Assembly (NCBI GenBank): GCA_963666485.2
Contig: CAXXUO010000010.1
Location: 1 to 64,000, forward strand
Reading direction: 5' to 3'
DNA from: Syntrophorhabdaceae bacterium
Lineage (GTDB): Bacteria; Desulfobacterota; Syntrophorhabdia; Syntrophorhabdales; Syntrophorhabdaceae
DNA length: 64,000 nt
Shown here piece by piece: positions 57,972 through 64,000 of this stretch (position 1 is the stretch's first letter; the number at the start of each line of letters is the position of its first letter). The notes beneath the pieces are model-generated. The model worked only from the letters and a program-made list of their open reading frames with translations. It made no database searches and was not told where the DNA came from. The position numbers and the translations under genes are program-made.

Positions 57972-59956
57972 AGCGTAAGCTCCGCCTTTTCAAGGGTAAG
58001 GAGCCTGTCCCTGAGTTGGGCCGCCTTTTCGAAGTCCCATTTTTTCGCTGCCTCGGCGATCTCTTTTTTCAGTTTCCTGACCATCCTGGAAAGCTGTTTT
58101 GGCTTGAGCGCCTTCATGTCGAGCTGATCGACAGGGGCCTCGTAGTAGTCCTTTTCATATATGGACGACAGGACGTCGACGATCGATTTCCTGATCCCTT
58201 CGGGCGTGATGCCGTTCTTTTCGTTGTATTCCTTCTGGACGGCCCGCCTGCGTTCGGTTTCGTCTATCGCGCGGCGCATGGAATCCGTCACCGTGTCGGC
58301 AAACATGATCACCCGCCCGTTCAGGTTGCGTGCGGCACGGCCGCATGTCTGGATAAGAGACGTTTGCGACCGCAGAAAGCCTTCTTTATCGGCATCGAGG
58401 ATAGCGACGAGGGAAACCTCCGGCAGGTCGAGGCCCTCGCGCAGGAGGTTTACCCCCACGAGGACGTCGAATTTTCCCATTCTGAGGTCCCTGACGATAG
58501 CGACCCGCTCGAGCGTATCGATGTCTGAATGGAGATACTTGGCCCTGATGCCCCGATCGAGAAGGAAGTCGGTGAGGTCCTCGGCGAAACGCTTGGTCAG
58601 CGTGGTCACGAGGACACGTTCCTTTTTTTCAACCGTCTGCCGAACCTCGGTGACCAGGGACTCAACCTGGTTGGCTGCAGGCTTGAGGATGATCTCGGGG
58701 TCCATAAGGCCGGTAGGCCGTATTATCTGTTCGGCCACATATCCATGGGATTTTGTCAGTTCATACCGGGCGGGGGTTGCCGAGATGTAAAGGACCTGTT
58801 TCTCCCGCGCCTCGAATTCCTCGAATGTCAGGGGCCGGTTATCGAGCGCCGAGGGGAGCCTGAAGCCGTGCTCGACGAGCGTCGTCTTGCGTGACCTGTC
58901 ACCCCGGTACATAGCTGCCAGCTGGGGCATGGAAACGTGGCTTTCATCGATCATTATCAGGGCGTTGCCCGGAAGATAATCCATCAGGGTGGGCGGCGGC
59001 TCGCCGGGGGACCTCCCGGTAAAATGGCGGGAATAATTCTCTATCCCGGAACAGTACCCGAGCTCTGCAAGCATTTCGAGGTCGTACCTGGTCCGCATCT
59101 CCAGCCGCTGGGCCTCGAGAAGCTTGTTCTGCGACCTCAAGAGTGTGAGGTGCTGCTCAAGTTCTTCAGCGATGGACACGATGGCGCGGTCTATTGTTTG
59201 CTGCGGCATGACATAATGGCTTGTCGGAAATATTGTCAGCCTGCGGAACCTTTCGAGGGGTTTCCCCGTCAGGGGATCGAAGCTCGAGATCGATGCGATG
59301 CGGTCATCCTCGTGGACGATCCTGAAGGCCCTTTCCTCTTCGTACGGGGGATAGACATCGATGGTCCCCCCGCGGACGCGGAACTTGCCCCGGTAGAAAT
59401 CAATATCATTGCGTTCATACTGGCACTGGACAAGCTTATTCAATATAGCGTGCCGGTCAATGGATTGCCCGTCCTCGATATTAAGCAGCATGCCGTAATA
59501 CGCCTCCGGCGAACCGAGACCGTAAATGCAGGAAACGCTTGCGACGATAATGATGTCGTCCCGCTCGAAAAGGGCATTGGTCGCGAGAAGCCGCAGCCGG
59601 TCGATCTCTTCATTGATCGACGAGTCTTTCTCGATGAAGGTGTCCGTGGAGGGGATATAGGCCTCGGGCTGATAATAATCGTAGTAGCTCACGAAGAAAT
59701 GGACCTCGTTGCCGGGAAAGAGCATCTTGAACTCGGAATAGAGCTGGGCCGCGAGGGTCTTGTTATGGGAAATGACCAGCGTGGGCCGGTTCACCCGCTC
59801 GACCACGTTGGCCATAGTGAACGTCTTGCCTGACCCGGTCACGCCGAGGAGGACCTGGTGCGGTATACCTTTGATAATATTGGCTGATATCTTGTCTATG
59901 GCCTCGGGCTGGTCACCTTTGGCCTCATAGTCGCTTTCAAGTTTGAACCGGTTCAT
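57968..59956 (-). CDS. uvrB: Excinuclease ABC subunit B
   Basis: [43 protein letters not shown] tail; start ATG 59956. Confidence 0.98.
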   Translation of the reverse strand: MNRFKLESDYEAKGDQPEAIDKISANIIKGIPHQVLLGVTGSGKTFTMANVVERVNRPTLVISHNKTLAAQLYSEFKMLFPGNEVHFFVSYYDYYQPEAYIPSTDTFIEKDSSINEEIDRLRLLATNALFERDDIIIVASVSCIYGLGSPEAYYGMLLNIEDGQSIDRHAILNKLVQCQYERNDIDFYRGKFRVRGGTIDVYPPYEEERAFRIVHEDDRIASISSFDPLTGKPLERFRRLTIFPTSHYVMPQQTIDRAIVSIAEELEQHLTLLRSQNKLLEAQRLEMRTRYDLEMLAELGYCSGIENYSRHFTGRSPGEPPPTLMDYLPGNALIMIDESHVSMPQLAAMYRGDRSRKTTLVEHGFRLPSALDNRPLTFEEFEAREKQVLYISATPARYELTKSHGYVAEQIIRPTGLMDPEIILKPAANQVESLVTEVRQTVEKKERVLVTTLTKRFAEDLTDFLLDRGIRAKYLHSDIDTLERVAIVRDLRMGKFDVLVGVNLLREGLDLPEVSLVAILDADKEGFLRSQTSLIQTCGRAARNLNGRVIMFADTVTDSMRRAIDETERRRAVQKEYNEKNGITPEGIRKSIVDVLSSIYEKDYYEAPVDQLDMKALKPKQLSRMVRKLKKEIAEAAKKWDFEKAAQLRDRLLTLEKAELTL

Positions 59957-60200
59957 GGTGTAATAGTTTAATGACCTTTTCAATCTGTGTCAAAGATATG
60001 AAAAAATAAGCCGGAGGCCTAAAGGTTCGGAAAGAAAGAGCGATAAAGTAGGTACAACAGCATGCGCGAAATAATGCCCCAAATGTCAAAAAAGTTTACT
60101 GGAAGCGCTTCCATGAAACAAAAGCTCTTGACATGATGGCATCAAACGTTTAAAGATTTAAGCATTAATATTCATAAAATCTACATAGGAGGAAGGGGTT

Positions 60201-60812
60201 ATGAAAAAGGTTTTATTGTTTGCACTTGTCTTGCTGATCGGCATAGCTTTTGTCAGCACCGGTTTCACCGCCGAGGAGAAGAAACCGGCTCCGGCACCTG
60301 AGAAGAAAGCTCCCGCGCCTGCACCTGAGAAGAAAGCTCCCGAGAAAGCAAAACCCGCCGAAAAAGCAGAGCCGGCGAAGGAAGAAAAACCGGCAGCAGA
60401 TGCAGCAAAACCCGCCGCAGAAAAACCGAAACCAAAACCAGTGGCCGGTTTTGTCGGCAAAGTAACGGTGACCGACTCCGTATTTAAGAGTGTCAGCGTA
60501 CAGCGCGCCAAAGACGTCGTAACATTCGACGTAAGCGACGCGAAATTCAAAGGTTACAAGTCAGCCGATGACATCACCGTTGGCGACAAGATAGCCATGA
60601 AGTATGACAAGAAAGGCAAACTGACGGTCACGAAGATCGCCGGCGCCAAGAAAGAAAAAGCGGCTAAAAAAGAGAAAGTAGCAAAACCGAAGAAAGAGAA
60701 GAAAGAGGCCGCACCGGCGGATGAGCAGAAACCTGCCGAGAAGAAGCCCGCAAAGAAAGCACCGAAGAAAGATGCACCGAAGAAAGAGGAAAAGAAAGAA
60801 GAAGCAAAATAA
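60201..60812 (+). CDS. Exported Lys/Pro/Ala/Glu-rich protein with small central beta domain
   Basis: Signal peptide; EKKAPAPAP repeats; central GKVT.....V...TFDV....GD.I...Y; SD AGGAGG. Confidence 0.8.
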   Translation: MKKVLLFALVLLIGIAFVSTGFTAEEKKPAPAPEKKAPAPAPEKKAPEKAKPAEKAEPAKEEKPAADAAKPAAEKPKPKPVAGFVGKVTVTDSVFKSVSVQRAKDVVTFDVSDAKFKGYKSADDITVGDKIAMKYDKKGKLTVTKIAGAKKEKAAKKEKVAKPKKEKKEAAPADEQKPAEKKPAKKAPKKDAPKKEEKKEEAK

Positions 60813-60829
60813 CCTCTTACGACATAGCG

Positions 60830-60861
60830 AACCCCGCTTCCGGAAGGGAGCGGGGTTTTTT
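60830..60861 (+). terminator. Rho-independent terminator
   Basis: aaccccgcttcc-loop-ggagcggggtt + T tract. Confidence 0.8.
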
Positions 60862-60875
60862 ATTGCCCTGCGGGC

Positions 60876-61008
60876 GGCTAAAGGCTAAAGGCTAAAGGCA
60901 AAAGGCTAAAGGCAAAAGGCTAAAGGCAAAAGGCAAAAGGCTAAAGGCAAAAGGCAAAAGGCTAAAGGCAAAAGGCTAAAGGCAAAAGGCAAAAGGCAAA
61001 AGGCAAAC
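60876..61008. repeat. 19-unit GGC(T/A)AAA heptamer tandem array
   Basis: Counted units from 60876 to 61008, mixing GGCTAAA and GGCAAAA. Confidence 0.95.
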
Positions 61009-61065
61009 GACTCACGGAAAAGGGAAATGTAAACGACGTGAGGCGTAAGGCGTTTTCCGCCCACT

Positions 61066-61193
61066 CGTCATCCCGGCGAAGGCCGGGATCCAGAGGTTTT
61101 TGCTCTTTCCCATACGCTTGCTGTTGTTTTATATAATCGCTTCCATACTACAACCTTAATTAAGACTGGATCCCGGCCTGCGCCGGGATGACG
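61066..61193. repeat. REP-like inverted hairpin pair
   Basis: cgtcatcccggcgaaggccgggatccag ... ctggatcccggcctgcgccgggatgacg. Confidence 0.85.
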
Positions 61194-61336
61194 CTGGGGA
61201 AGATTCCCGCTCTGTGGAAATGTAGGAAGAGATTGTATTGTTAAAGGGTTTTTTTAATCGGGGAACTTGGAATTTGGAGCGATTTTTTAACGGTTGAACA
61301 GTTGAACGGGGTTTTTGAACCTTTAGCCTTGAATCA

Positions 61337-61372
61337 AAAAAAAGGGATGGTCGTTCGACCATCCCTTTTTTT
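61337..61372 (-). terminator. Bidirectional terminator after atpE
   Basis: A7-gggatggtcg-tt-cgaccatccc-T tract. Confidence 0.8.
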
Positions 61373-61385
61373 GTCTTCTCAGTTG

Positions 61386-61718
61386 TTACAGTTTACCAAC
61401 AAAGATAAATGCGATAACGAGAGCGTAGATGACCAGTGACTCGATAAGTGCGAGGCCGATGATCATCGGGGCAAAGATCTTTCCGGAAGCGCCGGGGTTC
61501 CTGGCGATGCCTTCAAGCGCTGCTGCTGCAGCTTTGCCCTGGCCGAGTGCTCCGCCGAGAGCGGCGATACCGATGGCAGCACCGGCACCGATGGCCAACA
61601 TGGCCTTTACGTTGTCGGCTAACGGGGCTTTCGCAGCTTCTTCAGCTGCCAGCACGAAGCCGCAGGATAAAACAAGGATCAGACCGCTGAGCATTAAAAT
61701 GGAGACTACCTTTTTCAT
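61386..61718 (-). CDS. atpE: ATP synthase F0 subunit c (with N-terminal extension)
   Basis: GGALGQG, IARNP, LALIESLVIY. Confidence 0.96.
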   Translation of the reverse strand: MKKVVSILMLSGLILVLSCGFVLAAEEAAKAPLADNVKAMLAIGAGAAIGIAALGGALGQGKAAAAALEGIARNPGASGKIFAPMIIGLALIESLVIYALVIAFIFVGKL

Positions 61719-61757
61719 CACAGATACTCCTTTAGTTTAAGTTTTTTGAAGCGTTTA

Positions 61758-62480
61758 TTAATGCCCTTCGTGTGATACCGCGCCCGCAAAGTAGACCATG
61801 GAGAGCAGGGTAAAGACAAAAGTCTGCACGAAGGCGACAAACAATCCAAGGAACATAAAGATGACCGGCACGAGCAGCGGCACCAGCGCGAAGAAGATCG
61901 CGGTGACGAGGTGGTCACCCGTTATGTTTCCGAAAAGACGAATACCGAGCGACATCGGCCGTGCTATATGGCTGATGAGTTCGATCGGGCACATCAGTAT
62001 GCTGAGGATCACGTTCGCATACCAGGGCATCATGTCGCTGATGAAAACGAACTGCCTGAGGTACTTGACGCCGTGTTCCCTCAATCCGTAATAATGTGTG
62101 AGGACAAAGACTGTCAGGGAACAGGCGAACGTCGTGTTGACGTTGTCCGTTGCCGGGAGGAAGCCCGGGATCAACCCTGAGAGGTTGTTGAACAGGATGA
62201 AGATGGCCAGCGTCCCGATGAGGAGCATGAACTTCGGCCCGTTCTCGCCCATATTTTCCTTGACGAAGCCGCTGATGCCTTCGACCAGGAGTTCGACGAA
62301 ATTCCTCAACGTGAATTTCTCGTCGGGAATGATATTGTCTTCCATCTTTTTTACCTGCTTGTAGCCAAGCAATACCAGGATCAAAAGTACGATCGATACG
62401 ATGATAGCATTGGATACATGCGGTGGAAGGGTCTTGAGGAAAGGAATGTATGACGCCCAGGTGAATGCTTCATGCCCCAT
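61758..62480 (-). CDS. atpB: ATP synthase F0 subunit a
   Basis: GLIPG, RPMSLGIRLFGN, VQTFVF.LL. Confidence 0.96.
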   Translation of the reverse strand: MGHEAFTWASYIPFLKTLPPHVSNAIIVSIVLLILVLLGYKQVKKMEDNIIPDEKFTLRNFVELLVEGISGFVKENMGENGPKFMLLIGTLAIFILFNNLSGLIPGFLPATDNVNTTFACSLTVFVLTHYYGLREHGVKYLRQFVFISDMMPWYANVILSILMCPIELISHIARPMSLGIRLFGNITGDHLVTAIFFALVPLLVPVIFMFLGLFVAFVQTFVFTLLSMVYFAGAVSHEGH

Positions 62481-62866
62481 TATCGTGTCTCCTTTGGTGA
62501 ACTGGAACTGAAACCCGGTAATAACTGGCTTACCAGGATGGATACAAAGACGGTTGAGAGGCCCATGAGAAAGTAAACCGGTTTGATATTCCCATAGACC
62601 ACGATCACGGTGAGTACCCCGAGCAGGAGGAGGAACTTTGCCGGAAGGCTGATAAGAAGGTCCTTCTTGCCTATCTCCTGTTTGAGGACAAGCTTCGCTA
62701 TTATGTTTTTCAGAAGCCGGAAATTAAAGATAACGATGGCGCTGGCAACGGCAAAACTGAAAAAGGCCATGATGTCGCGGACAACGACGGCGACTGCGAT
62801 GGAACCGAGTATGAAAAGCACCAGGTTGCAGCGTTCAACCTGGGTTACGGTTATCTCCCTCATCAT
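62480..62866 (-). CDS. atpI: ATP synthase protein I
   Basis: Four TM segments directly upstream of atpB. Confidence 0.75.
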   Translation of the reverse strand: MMREITVTQVERCNLVLFILGSIAVAVVVRDIMAFFSFAVASAIVIFNFRLLKNIIAKLVLKQEIGKKDLLISLPAKFLLLLGVLTVIVVYGNIKPVYFLMGLSTVFVSILVSQLLPGFSSSSPKETR

Positions 62867-63089
62867 CTTCCTTCTTGAGCCTTGTATATGCCCGGTATAC
62901 CGCCTTGAAAGCCGCGGCCATACCGAACATCATAAAAACTAACGTTAGATAGGGAAATGTGCCCAACCACTTGTCGGCATAAAACCCCGCCGCGAGGCCG
63001 ATAATAACCGAGAAACCCATCTCGAGACCCAAGGCGCTGTAATTGAGCAATGCCTTGTAAATGTCTTTTTTACTGTCCTGGGGGGTCAT
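62835..63089 (-). CDS. atpZ: AtpZ/AtpI-family two-TM protein
   Basis: G...G..IG...G..AD.WLGT.P motif; position. Confidence 0.85.
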   Translation of the reverse strand: MTPQDSKKDIYKALLNYSALGLEMGFSVIIGLAAGFYADKWLGTFPYLTLVFMMFGMAAAFKAVYRAYTRLKKEDDEGDNRNPG

Positions 63090-63291
63090 TACCGTCCCGT
63101 TTACGGCTCTTTTCTTCTATCACAGGGGATGCATGATAGTCAACGTTATTTTTACATTTTATAGACGGAATGTCGTGGCAGGAAGAAGCTGATTATATTG
63201 AAAAATTGATTAAATATCGGGGTTGCTGACCGGGTGCGCGGCCGGTCATTCGAAAGCCCCCGGATGACCGGATACTGTGCCGCTATCACGC

Positions 63292-63699
63292 TCATGTCTC
63301 GGAATAGATCGCGCGGGCGGTTTTTTTCCTGTGGTGCGGCCGCAGGAGACGGCGGACAACCGATTTCAGCTCCGTGAAATCACCCGATTTGACGAGATAG
63401 GCGTCGGCGGCCCAGCTTTTGAAGTCCTTGCGGAAATCTTCATACGAAGAATGCAGGATGACCGGTATGTCCTCATAACTTCGCACGATGGGCCCGAGGA
63501 CTTCCATCCCATCCATAACGGGCATGACAATGTCGAGGATGATCAGGTTCGGTTTTACGTGCCGCAGCATCAGTATGGCCTCGGCGCCATTGCCGGCATG
63601 CCTGACCTCGTATCCCTCGTCGCCGAGTTCCTCCGACATGAGTTTTACAAAAAATTCATCATCATCGATAATGAGAATTATCTTCTTATCATGGTCCAT
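63292..63699 (-). CDS. Single-domain response regulator
   Basis: ILIIDDD, LDIVMP.MDG, WAADAYLVKS. Confidence 0.9.
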   Translation of the reverse strand: MDHDKKIILIIDDDEFFVKLMSEELGDEGYEVRHAGNGAEAILMLRHVKPNLIILDIVMPVMDGMEVLGPIVRSYEDIPVILHSSYEDFRKDFKSWAADAYLVKSGDFTELKSVVRRLLRPHHRKKTARAIYSET

Positions 63700-63754
63700 A
63701 TATAATTACCCCCCGGCCCCATCCATCCTTCGGTAGCGGCCCGCCACAGTGAAA

Positions 63755-63770
63755 AGCAAGATTTGTGCCT
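63755..63770 (-). promoter_or_regulatory. Sigma54-type promoter for the response regulator
   Basis: AGGCACAAATCTTGCT on - strand (GG-N10-GC). Confidence 0.6.
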
Positions 63771-63951
63771 CACCGGTGCGGCCCGGCCAATCCCGGCAAT
63801 ATTTAACCGGATGTCTTTTTTTCGCGGAAAAAATTATTCTTTTTCCAGAAGGGTAAAATGGGATTAATTGCCCCTTCCGTGTAGCATTTAGCCCCGGAAT
63901 CGAGCCGGTTGCGCACGCCCGGGCTGGTTATTGTGCTATAATTTATTCCTG

Positions 63952-64000
63952 ATGACAAAACGGAAAAAAGATCTCTCTACAGCGAAAAGCACCCCGGGCA
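63952..64000 (+). CDS. Possible start of next gene (truncated by window)
   Basis: TGCTATAAT 9 nt before ATG; open to the window end (MTKRKKDLSTAKSTPG). Confidence 0.3.
   Translation, partial: MTKRKKDLSTAKSTPG

Noticed and set aside
61386..61718. Na+-specific ATP synthase c-ring
   Set aside because: Has Q, E, S and Y but ESL instead of EST; coupling ion cannot be called from sequence
61386..63089. F0 genes separated from F1 genes as a novelty
   Set aside because: A split atp operon is usual in Desulfobacterota
1..64000. tRNA, rRNA, SRP RNA, riboswitches, transposases and the many overlapping antisense ORFs in the track
   Set aside because: No recognisable RNA gene or transposase motifs by eye (an Infernal scan would be decisive); antisense/off-frame ORFs are expected GC-rich shadows of confident genes

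Overview
A 64-kb chromosomal segment from an anaerobic Desulfobacterota (deltaproteobacterial) genome, plausibly Syntrophorhabdus-like. That placement is inference from a benzoyl-CoA-pathway had gene at the left edge, a split atpZIBE cluster and trmD followed by a SPOUT methylase. The right half is mostly housekeeping: ffh-rpsP-khpA-rimM-trmD-rplS-rnhB-yraN-larBC, metG-ricT-holB-tmk-efp, folE2/queD, an orphan rplC, uvrBC and the F0 ATP synthase genes. The left half is more accessory: an NHEJ operon with two Ku paralogs and a split LigD, pxpABC, an unusual chemoreceptor, and an ampG/DUF1460/nagA peptidoglycan-recycling cluster. The best candidate for an undescribed system is at 26499-30507 (- strand). 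There a sigma70-like promoter precedes two tiny paralogous secreted peptides sharing a GxCxA signal-peptide end and a DPPDP motif. They are followed, with a 4-nt GTGA overlap, by a large exported TPR-CHAT (caspase-fold) protease. Intergenic DNA is full of two repeat classes: REP-like CGTCAT...ATGACG hairpin pairs, and several sequence-unrelated 7-bp-period tandem arrays, usually arranged as inverted pairs. Other oddities are a sigma54-driven 40-aa ORF missed by the ORF track, many apparently leaderless genes, a UvrC lacking its HhH domain and a barrel-only NagA. I saw no rRNA, tRNA, CRISPR array or transposase. All family calls come from motif recognition, not database searches.
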